Positions 1 to 10,981 of a DNA stretch of 64,000 nt are shown piece after piece (the first letter of the stretch is position 1; the number at the start of each line of letters is the position of its first letter). The position numbers and the translations under genes were made by a program. Under the pieces are notes generated by a model that saw only the letters and a list, made by a program, of their open reading frames with translations, had not been told where the DNA came from and made no database searches. Source of the DNA: Negativicutes bacterium. GTDB taxonomy: Bacteria; Bacillota; Negativicutes; UBA1444. The stretch lies in contig CAXXIN010000004.1 of NCBI GenBank assembly GCA_963665275.2, positions 64,001 through 128,000 of the forward strand, given 5' to 3'.

Positions 1-801
1 GATATTGTAGACTTCCGACATCGACTCCTGACTGGATACGCATCCTGCCAACAGATTAGCCTGGACAACATTGTCGACATAACAGAAATCTCGACTGGTT
101 TTACCATCACCATTAATATATGCCACTTCTCCTCTGAGCAAACTGGAAAACCACTTGGGGATCACCGCTGCATAGACGCCATTTGGAGTTTGTCGTCGTC
201 CGAAAACGTTGAAATATCTAAGTCCAATGCACCGCATATCATATAGGCGGGAAAAAACGCCTGCATATAATTCGTTAACATATTTTGTAACCGCATAAGG
301 GGATAATGGGGTTCCCAACTGCGCTTCCAGCTTTGGCAGATCCGGACAATCGCCGTATACTGAGCTTGAAGATGCATAGACAAAACTTTGCGCGTGTGAG
401 TCTCGGGATGCAATCAATATATTTAAAAACCCATCAATATTATTCTGATTCGTTGTCATAGGGTCGGATATTGAACGAGAAACCGAGCCTATTGCTGCTT
501 GCTGTAAAACTATATTTACTCCTTCACAGACTGATTGGCATACCGCAAGGTCACGGATATCCCCTTCGACGAAGCTGAACCTGGAAGCTTGTTTTACGCT
601 GACATTATTCAGCACTTCATCAATATTACGTTGATAACCGGTAGAAAAATTGTCGATTCCCACAACAGTTTGATTCAACAGAAGTAACTGCTCAAGAATA
701 TTGGACCCGATAAACCCCGCAGCTCCAGTGATCAACCATCTCCGCGGTCTTTGGCGCATACTCCTTTTTACCGTTTCGTACGTAGTCTCTATAGCCCCCA
801 A
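1..801 (-). CDS. UDP-GlcNAc(A) 4-epimerase, WbpP/TviC-like extended SDR (3' end runs off the window)
   Basis: Manual translation gives [38 protein letters not shown] (YxxxK) and [11 protein letters not shown] with no stop before the edge. Start is TTG 801 (overlapping the upstream stop) or ATG 759. Confidence 0.9.
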   Translation of the reverse strand, partial: MGAIETTYETVKRSMRQRPRRWLITGAAGFIGSNILEQLLLLNQTVVGIDNFSTGYQRNIDEVLNNVSVKQASRFSFVEGDIRDLAVCQSVCEGVNIVLQQAAIGSVSRSISDPMTTNQNNIDGFLNILIASRDSHAQSFVYASSSSVYGDCPDLPKLEAQLGTPLSPYAVTKYVNELYAGVFSRLYDMRCIGLRYFNVFGRRQTPNGVYAAVIPKWFSSLLRGEVAYINGDGKTSRDFCYVDNVVQANLLAGCVSSQESMSEVYNI

Positions 802-2072
802 TACCTCACCCCCTGTGGGATGTTGCGCGGATCAAATATTGATTTGACATCGACAATGACCCCAGTGTGAGCATTTAGCATCTTAACGAATTCACCAAGG
901 CCTAATTTCACATATTCTGCGTGAGCAACAGCTAAGACAATTGCATCCAGTTGCTCAAAATCGGACAAATCGCGTAGAACAATGCCATACTCATCCATTG
1001 CAGCTTCTTTATCTGCCGCTGGATCATGCACCAAAGCTTCTATCCCATAACTACGCAATTCATCGACAATATCCGGCACCCGGCTATTACGCAAATCAGG
1101 AACATTTTCCTTAAAAGTTAGCCCGAAAATTCCCACTTTGGCATCAGAAACGATAATATGTTGCTTGGCAATCTTTTTAACCGTCTGCTCGGCTATATAT
1201 TTACCCATACCATCGTTGATCCTTCGTCCAGCTAGGATCACCTGCGGGCTATAGCCAATTTCCTCAGCTTTATAAGTTAAGTAGTAGGGATCGACGCCGA
1301 TGCAATGCCCGCCAACGAGCCCAGGGGTAAAAGGAATGAAATTCCACTTGGTTCCAGCAGCCGCCAATACATCTCGCGTACAAATCCCCATCTTATCAAA
1401 AATGATGGCTAACTCATTCATCAACGCTATATTGAGATCCCTTTGCGTATTTTCGATGACTTTGGCCGCTTCGGCCACTCTTATACTGGAAGCCCGAAAA
1501 ATGCCGACATCGACAACTGCGCTGTAAACTTGTGCAATGATATCCAGAGTCTGTTCATCTTCTCCCGATACCACTTTTACGATAGTTTCCAGTCGATGCG
1601 CTTTGTCGTGGGGATTGATTCGTTCTGGAGAATAACCCAGTTTGAAGTCAACGCTCCTTTTCAGTCCCGAAACCCGCGATAAAACCGGGCCGCAGATTTC
1701 TTCCGTAACTCCAGGGTAAACGGTCGACTCATAAACAATGATTGATCCTGGCCTCATAACACTGCCGACCAGTTCTGACGCCTTAATCATCGCATGCAAA
1801 TCGGGACAATTTGCTTTATTAATGGGAGTTGGAACTGCAACCACAAAAAAATCAACATTTTCAAGATCCCGAACATTTGATGTGAATTTTAATGCGGTTG
1901 ACTGCAGGTCAGCCTTTTCAATTTCGCCGGTATTATCAATTCCGCCGCTCAGTGCGCTAATTTTCTTGGAATTGATGTCGAAACCGACAACCTCTTTAAA
2001 CTTGCGTGCAAAAGCGATTGCAACCGGCAGGCCGACATACCCCAACCCGATGATGCCAATTTTACGTTCCAT
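789..2072 (-). CDS. UDP-N-acetylhexosamine 6-dehydrogenase (WbpO/TviB family)
   Basis: [49 protein letters not shown] motifs. Confidence 0.93.
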   Translation of the reverse strand: MERKIGIIGLGYVGLPVAIAFARKFKEVVGFDINSKKISALSGGIDNTGEIEKADLQSTALKFTSNVRDLENVDFFVVAVPTPINKANCPDLHAMIKASELVGSVMRPGSIIVYESTVYPGVTEEICGPVLSRVSGLKRSVDFKLGYSPERINPHDKAHRLETIVKVVSGEDEQTLDIIAQVYSAVVDVGIFRASSIRVAEAAKVIENTQRDLNIALMNELAIIFDKMGICTRDVLAAAGTKWNFIPFTPGLVGGHCIGVDPYYLTYKAEEIGYSPQVILAGRRINDGMGKYIAEQTVKKIAKQHIIVSDAKVGIFGLTFKENVPDLRNSRVPDIVDELRSYGIEALVHDPAADKEAAMDEYGIVLRDLSDFEQLDAIVLAVAHAEYVKLGLGEFVKMLNAHTGVIVDVKSIFDPRNIPQGVRYWGL

Positions 2073-2088
2073 ATCGATACCTCCTGCA

Positions 2089-3486
2089 TTACTCTTGGGT
2101 ATAGCGGATAAAAGCTTTTGTTTCAGTCGGGACCGGCAAATACGTCAAATTTCCTTTCAGAACCGGGTTGATAATGGATAAATTACTCACCTGGTGGCCC
2201 GGTAGGTCCCATATATGAAAAGCAGCAACAGTTCTGGGAATAACACTGGTATCGGCAATCACCGGTCGTTCAATTGTTATGTTCCCGATGCCGCCATTTT
2301 CATTTAACGGATCATCTTTAAAGCTGTATATATCAATAGCAGCCCCTCGCGTACCTTGATTTGCATTGGTAATACTTGCCCGCATAATTTCGATGTGAAA
2401 AGATCGATGGTCGTGGGACTGAATGGCTATAGCATTTCTCTTTGAATTTCGCCAGTCAGCATCTTCAACGATCAAGCTTCCAGGCACAATTCCTTTACTG
2501 GAAATCTGCATTCCACGGTCGCTCCCGTCATCCTGATGATTAATCACTTTGATACTGACAGCGTTGTGTGAGCCGGATAACGCGCCTGTATTGACAAGAA
2601 GCCCGGCGCCTTGGTTTCCGGCCGTATAAAGATCAGCAATCACAATATTGTCCAAAACATTTCGCATGTCACTGGGTTCGATATCAATTCCGGCCGAGGG
2701 AGCTGTTCCGTGAGTGTTCGTTATCTTGGCGCCAGCGATTTCTATGTTGCGTCCGCTGATCAGTGACAAGCCCTGGCGCCGGTTCTGATCGGCCTTTATT
2801 CCAATGATCCGAATGTTTTCACTAGGCCTTCCGATATCGCCCTCGCCAATATAGAAGCCATCGCCCCAAAATTCATTACAAACGGTTTCCTGAACAAGAA
2901 TATTTTTGGATCCGGTTATGCGGATCCCCATTCCCCATTCGCCGCTTCGCCCCAAATGCTGCCCTCGGTCTCCCAGCAAAACGCCACTAATTATCCGAAC
3001 ATTTTCAAGGCCATCTACGGCGAGAACCGCATACTTTTCAGCATTATTGGGAATAACTCTCAGGATAGTTTCCGGTGTCATCTGAAGCGTTATCCCGTTT
3101 TTCAGCTTTATTGACTCCACCGCATCCACCATATAGGTCCCTGCAGGAATAAATACGGTGGCTCCCGTCTCGAAAGCATCACTAATAGCGGCCAAAATGG
3201 CTGCGGTATCGTTGGTTTTCCCATCGCCCTTCGCTCCAAAAAAATTGACATTTATCATTTTTGCGTCAGATAACGCGCCTCCATCTATACCAACAATCAA
3301 GTTTCCGCCAAGGTTGGAACTGTAATTATACGAGACGTTTGGCGCCGATTTCGCCCGCATAAGGTCGGATGTTTTCATGCCGATTTCTGCAACTTCCAGC
3401 AGCCAGATTCCGCTTGCGAAAAAGGCAACCGCTGTAATGACGATCATCGTACTTAGCTTTGTTGCGTATTTATCCAACAGTTCCAT
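2089..3486 (-). CDS. Membrane-anchored right-handed beta-helix protein (pectate lyase superfamily), putative polysaccharide lyase/hydrolase
   Basis: N-terminal TM segment; NVNFFGAKGDGKTNDTAAI...VFIPAGTY start motif; parallel beta-helix repeats (WGDGFYI, NRRQGLS, GIDIEP). Confidence 0.8.
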   Translation of the reverse strand: MELLDKYATKLSTMIVITAVAFFASGIWLLEVAEIGMKTSDLMRAKSAPNVSYNYSSNLGGNLIVGIDGGALSDAKMINVNFFGAKGDGKTNDTAAILAAISDAFETGATVFIPAGTYMVDAVESIKLKNGITLQMTPETILRVIPNNAEKYAVLAVDGLENVRIISGVLLGDRGQHLGRSGEWGMGIRITGSKNILVQETVCNEFWGDGFYIGEGDIGRPSENIRIIGIKADQNRRQGLSLISGRNIEIAGAKITNTHGTAPSAGIDIEPSDMRNVLDNIVIADLYTAGNQGAGLLVNTGALSGSHNAVSIKVINHQDDGSDRGMQISSKGIVPGSLIVEDADWRNSKRNAIAIQSHDHRSFHIEIMRASITNANQGTRGAAIDIYSFKDDPLNENGGIGNITIERPVIADTSVIPRTVAAFHIWDLPGHQVSNLSIINPVLKGNLTYLPVPTETKAFIRYTQE

Positions 3487-3520
3487 CTCATTCCCTCCTT
3501 CGGATGCCTCTATTCCCTGC

Positions 3521-4762
3521 TCAAGGAATGATTTTGCGCGCTAAAGCATACGAACTTTGCCGGGTTTCATCTCTCATTGCTTCACTATTGTTTTGGCAAT
3601 ATGTCTTAAAATCGAGCCAGAACCCCTGCCGAATATCATGCAACGTTTCGCTCTCAAAAGCAGTTGCTTTATGAAAATTGATTGCGGCCTGGCTTGCCAT
3701 CCATCGTTTATCATTGATTACGGTTTCCAATTTTCTGGCTAAAGCGCCAGCATCTCCAGGCTTATGAAGACACTCATTGTCCAAAAGTTCAGGTATGCCC
3801 CCGACATTTGATCCCAAAGCCGGGCAGCCACGACTCATCGCTTCAACTAAAGCTCGGGGCAGCCCTTCCACCAGACTCGGCTGAATATACAAATCCATCT
3901 CGTCCAGCCATGAATTCACTGCCGCGCCGCTTGTAAGGATCCCGCAAAACATAGTCTGTGAATCAACTCCGTAATATTTCGCCACGTCACGCCATCTTTG
4001 CGGATCTCCTCCGCCTAAGATGTCAAATTCGAAATCTGGCAACCGATCTCTAATCATCCCCAATGCTTTCAACGCCGTTTCGATTCCTTTATGGGAGTGC
4101 ACAAGCGAGCCGATAAGTCCAATTTTGAATACAGCTTTCGATTGATCGATCTTTCTCAGACGCATCTCCAGTATCTCCTGATCTATTTTCCCCAGCTGTA
4201 CGTCGGAACAACCTACAGAATGACCCTGGCACGGATAGCGATTTTGCAGAAATTTTTGCGTCACATACAGTGCGTAGGGAGCCTTGTGAATCATTTTTCG
4301 AATTTTATAAGCTGCGAAAGGTGCATATAATTTTCCTCGCCAACTTCCATGATGCCACATGGCGTCAAATGCACAACCAACCACTTCAACAGCCCATGGT
4401 TTATGTATTTTTTCAGCAATTCGGGATGCCAGCAGGCCGATTGCGCTGGTACGGACAATTAGTGCGTCGCAATTCACCAAAGCTTCCCGGATTTTTCGTT
4501 CCGCTTCTCTGTGAGCAAAAAGCATGGACCAAGGGTTACTGATGGAGGGAACTTCCACGAAACTTACCTTGGGTCCGTTTGATAAATCCATACTTTCAAT
4601 TTTTTCCCACGGATGCATTTTGCGCACCCGTCCCACAACCACCAATTCATCAAAGACTTCCAGATATCGCTGCCAGAGACGATATGGAAAATGGCCGGGT
4701 GAATAATACTTCCCTGTTGCGTCGCGACAAAACTTATGCTCATAAGCAAACATTGCCTTCAT
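3521..4762 (-). CDS. Glycosyltransferase family 4
   Basis: QPSLVEGLPRALVEAMSRGCP (Ex7E), SNVGGIPEL. Confidence 0.92.
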   Translation of the reverse strand: MKAMFAYEHKFCRDATGKYYSPGHFPYRLWQRYLEVFDELVVVGRVRKMHPWEKIESMDLSNGPKVSFVEVPSISNPWSMLFAHREAERKIREALVNCDALIVRTSAIGLLASRIAEKIHKPWAVEVVGCAFDAMWHHGSWRGKLYAPFAAYKIRKMIHKAPYALYVTQKFLQNRYPCQGHSVGCSDVQLGKIDQEILEMRLRKIDQSKAVFKIGLIGSLVHSHKGIETALKALGMIRDRLPDFEFDILGGGDPQRWRDVAKYYGVDSQTMFCGILTSGAAVNSWLDEMDLYIQPSLVEGLPRALVEAMSRGCPALGSNVGGIPELLDNECLHKPGDAGALARKLETVINDKRWMASQAAINFHKATAFESETLHDIRQGFWLDFKTYCQNNSEAMRDETRQSSYALARKIIP

Positions 4763-6036
4763 TGGAGTTCACGCTCCATTCCCTGATTGACCGGTTTGCG
4801 GATTTGCCCCCCATTAAACAGGATGCCTGCCATCAACAGGAACGTCATGTTAATGCCATTTCCCAAGGTACCAAACACATTTTCGGCCAGCCCCAGAATT
4901 AGAAAGTTGCTGACTATCAAAAGCGGTCCTATGGCATATCCGTCCTGTCTGATGTCGTGGAATAAACGCTGAACGGCAAGAAACAAGGTTGTAATGTGAA
5001 CCGCTATCATGAACAATGCTGCAAGAGGCCCCTTCGTCGCCAGTATCATGATGTAGCTGTTATGAGCGGGTTCCTCATAGAAATAGCTGTTTCCCATACC
5101 CAAAACTTGTACATCCTCAAGCGCGGACTTCCAAATATACATTCTGCCGCTCGTCACATCACCCTGAGTTATTTTATTGAAAAACTTACCCAATAAAGTA
5201 TCCACGATATTACTTCCATAGGTACTCATGGCCGCGTTGTAGAGTGCATAGAACACTGCCATCATAAATCCGATGATTGAAATCGCTAATGCAAGGCGGT
5301 GCTTCGATGCATCGAAAAATAGTGTTCCGACAAATACCAGGTAATACATAAGGAAAAATGTAATGAAACTGGTGCGGGAACCTGAGAAAGTGATGAGAAT
5401 GAATGAAGCGATCAAACAAAGTCCGAGCGCGCCAACCCAAAAAGTTCTCAAAAAAGTTCTTCTGCTTTGGTTTAAACTTCCTCTCAGCAATCCAAAGAGC
5501 GCCGCAGAAAAGGTCGATATAACCATTCCGAACATGTTGGAGTTTTCAAAAACGCCGGCATATGGAAAAAACAACGGGTACTTAAATAACGAAACTATGA
5601 TATAGGGTGCAAACGCCAGTGCTGTCGCGGACATGACCATAATGTTTCCATATCTGTTGGCAGTTCTGGGAAAAGCAGTGAAAAAAACCAATGGGACTCC
5701 TACCAATTGCCACAATTCCGCTAGCAATGGATCGCGATGGTTCATTGCGGAAACGATGGACATCATCGCGAAACCTGTCCAGAAAAACAGCGATAGCAAT
5801 CTCCAGTTTGAAAACTTGCCGATCCGGAACCCGGACAACAAGAACATTGCAGCGATGACTGCCCCCGCTGCCGGCATGCGATAGGCCGGTGGCGCAGCGG
5901 GATTATACATGGCTGAAGTCGACAATATTCCAATCAATCCTGCTGCCAGACCTGTCAACAACATTTTGTTGATGCCAAAGCTCTCCATCTCACCTGATGC
6001 ATAGTTTGTGACACTTGTCTTTTCTATCTCGCTCAC
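4759..6036 (-). CDS. wzy: Wzy polymerase / O-antigen ligase family membrane protein
   Basis: Polytopic; FENSNMFG, SGSRTS, TSGRMYIW...LGMG...AHNSY (Wzy_C) motifs; operon context. Confidence 0.8.
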   Translation of the reverse strand: MSEIEKTSVTNYASGEMESFGINKMLLTGLAAGLIGILSTSAMYNPAAPPAYRMPAAGAVIAAMFLLSGFRIGKFSNWRLLSLFFWTGFAMMSIVSAMNHRDPLLAELWQLVGVPLVFFTAFPRTANRYGNIMVMSATALAFAPYIIVSLFKYPLFFPYAGVFENSNMFGMVISTFSAALFGLLRGSLNQSRRTFLRTFWVGALGLCLIASFILITFSGSRTSFITFFLMYYLVFVGTLFFDASKHRLALAISIIGFMMAVFYALYNAAMSTYGSNIVDTLLGKFFNKITQGDVTSGRMYIWKSALEDVQVLGMGNSYFYEEPAHNSYIMILATKGPLAALFMIAVHITTLFLAVQRLFHDIRQDGYAIGPLLIVSNFLILGLAENVFGTLGNGINMTFLLMAGILFNGGQIRKPVNQGMERELQ

Positions 6037-7043
6037 AATGCGCTCTCCTTCCGTGATAATTTCACCGAAGTTTTAGGTTGGGTGAAAGTCTTTTTAGTTT
6101 TCACTTTTGCAAGCCTGACTTTGGCAAGAGTACGGGGCCCAATCAAACCGGCCATCCAGATCACCCAACCAGACAGATCGCCGGGATAGGAGCTAACATA
6201 TTCTATCGACAGTTTGCTCCCCTTCCAACGCTGACCTGCGAGAAAACTGAACAGGAGCTGCATCTTGCGAAAAACGTGATACCTTCTGGGAGCGTATTTA
6301 CGAAGCGTTGTCCCGTGACGAGCTAATAAATACTCAGCTGCCGCCAAGTGTTCGGGGGCGTCACGAACAATTTTGTTCACTTTCTCACGTCCGGAAGAAG
6401 AAGTAATCCGGTTTTCACTGTCCAAATATTTGAAACCCACAGTTTCCGGAATCAGGCGTATTTTATATTGTTGCGTGAAATCCAGAAGATAGGGGCTTTC
6501 ATAGGCGCGGCTATCAGGGAACTTAACAAAATCGAAAGTTGAGCGCCGGGTGCATTGAACCCAGTCTGAAAGAACAAGATCATTACGGAACTTCATATAG
6601 CCGATGTAATCCAGCACGCACTCTTGGGGTATCGGTTCAGGCGATATTCTCCCGTCTTCACGATCAAAGAGAAATCCCAGTTGCGCAATTTCTGCAGGAC
6701 AGTTCACCGCTTCTGCCCATATTTTTCGCAACGCTCCCGGCAAGAATATGTCGTCACTGTCCAGGAAAACAATCCACTCTCCCAGGCTATGGGAGCTCCC
6801 AGTATTACGCGCCGGAGAAACATTGCGGTTCACTGCATGGCGAACCAACCTCACTCTGCTATCTTTTACCGCTTCAACAGCTACAGTTGTTTGATCGGTA
6901 GATGCATCATCCACAACAACCACTTCAAAGTCTGTGAAGGATTGATTCAAACAACTATTAATGGCCCTCACAATTTCTTTTTCGCGATTAAATGCTGGAA
7001 TTACAATACTGAAAAACGGTTTATGTTCAGCCGCATGTTCCAT
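6033..7043 (-). CDS. Glycosyltransferase family 2
   Basis: SIVIPAFN, VVDDASTD, ARNTG, FLDSDD; ATG 7043 follows a GGAGG RBS. Confidence 0.92.
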   Translation of the reverse strand: MEHAAEHKPFFSIVIPAFNREKEIVRAINSCLNQSFTDFEVVVVDDASTDQTTVAVEAVKDSRVRLVRHAVNRNVSPARNTGSSHSLGEWIVFLDSDDIFLPGALRKIWAEAVNCPAEIAQLGFLFDREDGRISPEPIPQECVLDYIGYMKFRNDLVLSDWVQCTRRSTFDFVKFPDSRAYESPYLLDFTQQYKIRLIPETVGFKYLDSENRITSSSGREKVNKIVRDAPEHLAAAEYLLARHGTTLRKYAPRRYHVFRKMQLLFSFLAGQRWKGSKLSIEYVSSYPGDLSGWVIWMAGLIGPRTLAKVRLAKVKTKKTFTQPKTSVKLSRKESAL

Positions 7044-7062
7044 ATTGATATTCCCTCCATGT

Positions 7063-8376
7063 TTAACCATTCACTAGACTTGGCTCCGTTGTTTTTTTAA
7101 TTCGATATCCTGCAAACAGATACATTGCCAGAGATACCAAGTGTGCTGCCATATAGGCCCAAGCCAATCCCAGGGCTCCGTAATCCGCAACAGTAAATAA
7201 TGTTATCGATACCAAAATAAGACTCCAACAGACAATGACTTGGAACTGCCACCAGATCCTTCCGTAAGCCAGCAGGGGCTGATAAAAAGTGTTGGCCATC
7301 ACCTCAACTATGGATACCACAGCAATCAAAACCGCCACGTCCGATCCACCGGAAAACCCTTTACCAAAAACCGCAAGCAGCTTTGGCGCTGTCAGTGCAA
7401 GCAATCCGGCAATACCCGTTGATGCAATTGCCGATATTAGTACGTTGAATGCAAATACTTTTGAATAACTGGACGTTTTTTTTTCACCTACAAGATTGCA
7501 TAAAACCGGTGTAACCACGCGGGTAACCAAACCAGGCACAAACATGATCAGGGAACGAAAAGATGCTGCGGCTGTGAATATAGCCATTTGGACCAATCCA
7601 TCCGGTTGGCGAACCATATAAGCATTGCAGCCCCATACGGCAATGGAACCAATAAATCCCGAAAGAGCCGTTGGAAAGGCAAAATTGATCAGTACTGCCT
7701 TCTCCTGAAACATGTCTCGATAAGAAATAACTATCTGGTGCTTATGGAGTTGTTCTTTTATGGCCGAATGATTAAGGTACCAATTCAATAAAGCTGCCGC
7801 GCCCAGTGATAAAGTCGCCCCTGTCAGTCCCCACAATGATGTCATCAAATAGGTAAGCAGGAAAGCTCCAACCGCCTGTCCAAGATTAACTCTGGCCAAT
7901 TTGGCAAATGATTCAAAACCAGTCAGCAGGCCAACTTGATATTCATTCAGCGTAATGAAAAAAATGTAGATAGCCGCAAGGCGCAAATGATCGGAAATCT
8001 GAGGGGCGTTAAAGCTATATTCAGCGAGCTGCCCGGCAAAGATTAAAAGTGTCACTGCGAAAAAACCGCCGGTTCCGATTGTTATTACTGAGCAGAGTCC
8101 CAGTATTTTACCCAGTCTTGTTGTGTCCGCATCCCGAAGCTCAGCAACATATTTTGTAGCCGCAATTCCTATACCCATGCCGGCCACACCTGCCATCATG
8201 ATCACAGTGCTTCTGATAATCGAAAAGGCTCCAAACTGATCCATACCCAACAATCGCGCCGCTACAACCGTTGATGCGAAGTTGCTTGCAGAAACCACAA
8301 CTGACAGTACAACTGTCCACTTGATGCCGGTAACAAGACGCTCTTTCAGCTTTTCGGCTCCCATTCGACTGTTCAA
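7063..8376 (-). CDS. wzx: Wzx oligosaccharide flippase
   Basis: About 12 TM segments; ARLLGMDQFG N-terminal motif; YGALGLAWA C-terminal motif. Confidence 0.88.
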   Translation of the reverse strand: MNSRMGAEKLKERLVTGIKWTVVLSVVVSASNFASTVVAARLLGMDQFGAFSIIRSTVIMMAGVAGMGIGIAATKYVAELRDADTTRLGKILGLCSVITIGTGGFFAVTLLIFAGQLAEYSFNAPQISDHLRLAAIYIFFITLNEYQVGLLTGFESFAKLARVNLGQAVGAFLLTYLMTSLWGLTGATLSLGAAALLNWYLNHSAIKEQLHKHQIVISYRDMFQEKAVLINFAFPTALSGFIGSIAVWGCNAYMVRQPDGLVQMAIFTAAASFRSLIMFVPGLVTRVVTPVLCNLVGEKKTSSYSKVFAFNVLISAIASTGIAGLLALTAPKLLAVFGKGFSGGSDVAVLIAVVSIVEVMANTFYQPLLAYGRIWWQFQVIVCWSLILVSITLFTVADYGALGLAWAYMAAHLVSLAMYLFAGYRIKKTTEPSLVNG

Positions 8377-10262
8377 TGCGCTTCCTCAGGAATCATTCTT
8401 CCGTCACCCACAATAGTGCCATCCTTCCCGTCAATCAAACGCAAGCGTCTTACCCGGGTACCCTGGTACGTTGGTACCATCTTTGCAAGAGCATTGATTA
8501 TTTTGTCGGAATCATCCATGTTTTTCAGTGCGATTAATCCTTCATTCAGCTTATCTTCATCAACGTTTTTCAAATTAGCCATATAAATTTTTTCATGTTT
8601 CGTTGCTGTGCTGCCTTCTTCAGCCGATAATATCTCCTCGAACAATTTTTCCCCCGGCCGCAAGCCGGTATACTCAATCTTTATATCCTTATAGGGAGTG
8701 AGTCCAGTAAGTTCAATCAAGTTACAAGCCAAATCAGTAATTTTTATCGGCTCACCCATGTCGAGCACAAACACTTCTCCGCCAAGAGCCATCGCACTTG
8801 CCTGTAGGACCAGCTGAGAAGCTTCAGGAATTGTCATGAAGTAACGGCACATCTCGGGATGGGTTATGGTAAGGGCCTCTCCCCGGGCGATTTGTTTACG
8901 GAACAGTTGCACTACGCTGCCGCGACTGCCCAATACATTTCCAAACCGCACGGCGGTAAACTTGGTAGAGCTTTTCCCATTCAGTGAACAAATTACCATT
9001 TCTGCTACTCTCTTGGTGACCCCCATAACACTGGACGGGTTGATCGCCTTATCAGTGGAAACCATGACGAAGCATTCCGTTTCCACTGACATTGCTGCTT
9101 TGGCCACTACCATCGTCCCAAATATATTATTCTGCACCGCTTCAACCGGCTGGCTCTCCATAAGAGGAACATGTTTGTGCGCTGCCGCATGAAAAACAAT
9201 CTCGGGACGTCGTTCAGCAAATATGGCGCGAATTCTTTTTTCATCGCGTACATCGGCAATGATCGGCTCAATCTCCAAATGGGGATACTTCCCTAGAAGT
9301 TCACGTTCGATTTCAAAAATATTATTTTCACTCTTCCCTAATAAATATATTTTCCCTGGTGATAGTTTGGCCACTTGCCGGCAGATCTCCGATCCGATCG
9401 AACCGCCGGCGCCAGTTATCAAAACTCGTTTTTCCCTCAGTTGCCTTCGCATAAGAGCAACATCCAATTTGACCGGTTCACGGCGGAGCAAATCCTCCAG
9501 GTTTACATCACGCAGCTGTCGGAGTGTCACCATCCCGTCTATCATTTCATGAAGGGCCGGAACAATTTGAACTTTGCACTGGGTTTCCCTGCACATCGTT
9601 ACTACATCTCGAACCAGAAGGCTACGTGCCGACGGAATCGCAACAACGATCTCGTTCACTCCCAATTGTGCAACAATCTTAGCGATGTCATTCCGTCCAC
9701 CCAATACTCCCACGCCATTTATAATGCATCCTTGTTTCGACGGGTCGTCATCGATGAATCCCACAATCTTCTTGTTGCCGCCATAGTGGGCGCGAATTTC
9801 TTTAACAATCCACGATCCAACATCTCCTGCCCCAAAGACCAACACTTTATCAGGCTTACCGAGAAACTTTTGACACTTATTGGAGGCAATCCTTACGGCC
9901 AACCGTATCCCGCCAACCATGGCAATATTGAGAATCCCGCACAATAAATATAAACTTCTCGGCAAGATAACCCCGCCCGCCTGGGCAAGCAAAAACAAAA
10001 CAGCCTGTCCCAATGTGATCGCCCCAACGATGGCAAAAAGTTCATGGGTTCCAGCATACTTCCAAACGCGGTGATACAATTTGAATACAACAAAAGCGCT
10101 TAATTGAACAGCCAACAATATCGGAATGTTAACAATGATGCTGTCCAAGTAAGCGCTTCCCGCCACTTCATCCAGCCGAAGAAACAATGCAGCAAACGGA
10201 CTAATAATCAACGCCAGCGTATCTGCAGCAATTAATCCAAAACGATTGATTTCTGATCGCAA
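8373..10262 (-). CDS. Membrane-bound UDP-GlcNAc 4,6-dehydratase (CapD/PglF family)
   Basis: 4 TM segments plus CoA-binding-like domain; ITGAGGSIGSE, FHAAAHKHVP, STDKA, RFGNVLGSRGSV, GLRPGEKL. Confidence 0.93.
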   Translation of the reverse strand: MRSEINRFGLIAADTLALIISPFAALFLRLDEVAGSAYLDSIIVNIPILLAVQLSAFVVFKLYHRVWKYAGTHELFAIVGAITLGQAVLFLLAQAGGVILPRSLYLLCGILNIAMVGGIRLAVRIASNKCQKFLGKPDKVLVFGAGDVGSWIVKEIRAHYGGNKKIVGFIDDDPSKQGCIINGVGVLGGRNDIAKIVAQLGVNEIVVAIPSARSLLVRDVVTMCRETQCKVQIVPALHEMIDGMVTLRQLRDVNLEDLLRREPVKLDVALMRRQLREKRVLITGAGGSIGSEICRQVAKLSPGKIYLLGKSENNIFEIERELLGKYPHLEIEPIIADVRDEKRIRAIFAERRPEIVFHAAAHKHVPLMESQPVEAVQNNIFGTMVVAKAAMSVETECFVMVSTDKAINPSSVMGVTKRVAEMVICSLNGKSSTKFTAVRFGNVLGSRGSVVQLFRKQIARGEALTITHPEMCRYFMTIPEASQLVLQASAMALGGEVFVLDMGEPIKITDLACNLIELTGLTPYKDIKIEYTGLRPGEKLFEEILSAEEGSTATKHEKIYMANLKNVDEDKLNEGLIALKNMDDSDKIINALAKMVPTYQGTRVRRLRLIDGKDGTIVGDGRMIPEEAH

Positions 10263-10304
10263 TCCAATTCACCGCCTTTTCCCAGAAAACTTGACTATCG
10301 AAAC

Positions 10305-10979
10305 CTACGAAGCATGATATATAAACTCTTCGTCCAATTTGACGTCATTTAGCACTGTACCGATCAAGTTCGCCCTGGCGCCGTGGAGCAGTTCGACCGC
10401 TTTTTTCGCAGTTTTTGTTTTCACGCTTCGGCTGTCGATCACTAAAATAACACCATCAACTTTTGAAGCCACAATGCAGGCGTCTGATATGATGGTGGAT
10501 GCCCTGATTATCAACGGCGAACTGACTAGCAGTACATAATCCGCCATTGTCTTCAGAGTTTCCAGCAACTCCCTCAACTTCGAATTCGATAGCAATTCAA
10601 CTGGACTTTGGGGAATGGATCCACTAGCCAGCACTGTCAAACCCTCGATATCCGTTTTTTGCAGCGCCTCGTCAATCGATTTATCTTCCATAATGATATT
10701 GGTAATTCCAAAGAAATTTAACTGAAAAAATTCCTGCACTATCGGGCGACGCATGTCACAGTCGACCAGAATGACCTTTTTCCCAGCGTACGCCAGTGTA
10801 ACCGCCGCGTTGATTGCAGTCATCGAATCTCCATCGCCGGAACTAGCCGTCGTAAACAGGATAGTCTTCACTCCTGATGTCTCTTGCGCATCCTGAATGG
10901 CCGCACTTAGCGCTCGAAACGATTCAGCCACTGAAGATTGTTCGCGATCTTTGAGAATATATCGATTTTGCTTTGTCAC
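10305..10979 (-). CDS. CpsD/CapB-family BY-kinase homolog, degenerate (probable pseudokinase)
   Basis: AESFRAL, VILVDCDMRRP, LASGSIP, GTVLN are retained; Walker A reads SSGDGDS (no Lys); Walker B reads YVLLVSSP (no Asp). Confidence 0.88.
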   Translation of the reverse strand: MTKQNRYILKDREQSSVAESFRALSAAIQDAQETSGVKTILFTTASSGDGDSMTAINAAVTLAYAGKKVILVDCDMRRPIVQEFFQLNFFGITNIIMEDKSIDEALQKTDIEGLTVLASGSIPQSPVELLSNSKLRELLETLKTMADYVLLVSSPLIIRASTIISDACIVASKVDGVILVIDSRSVKTKTAKKAVELLHGARANLIGTVLNDVKLDEEFIYHAS

Positions 10980-10981
10980 AA

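Noticed and set aside
162-413. 83-aa ORF suggesting a broken epimerase gene
   Set aside because: It is an out-of-frame shadow. The epimerase frame is open from 801 to the window edge and is missing from the ORF track only because its stop lies outside the window.
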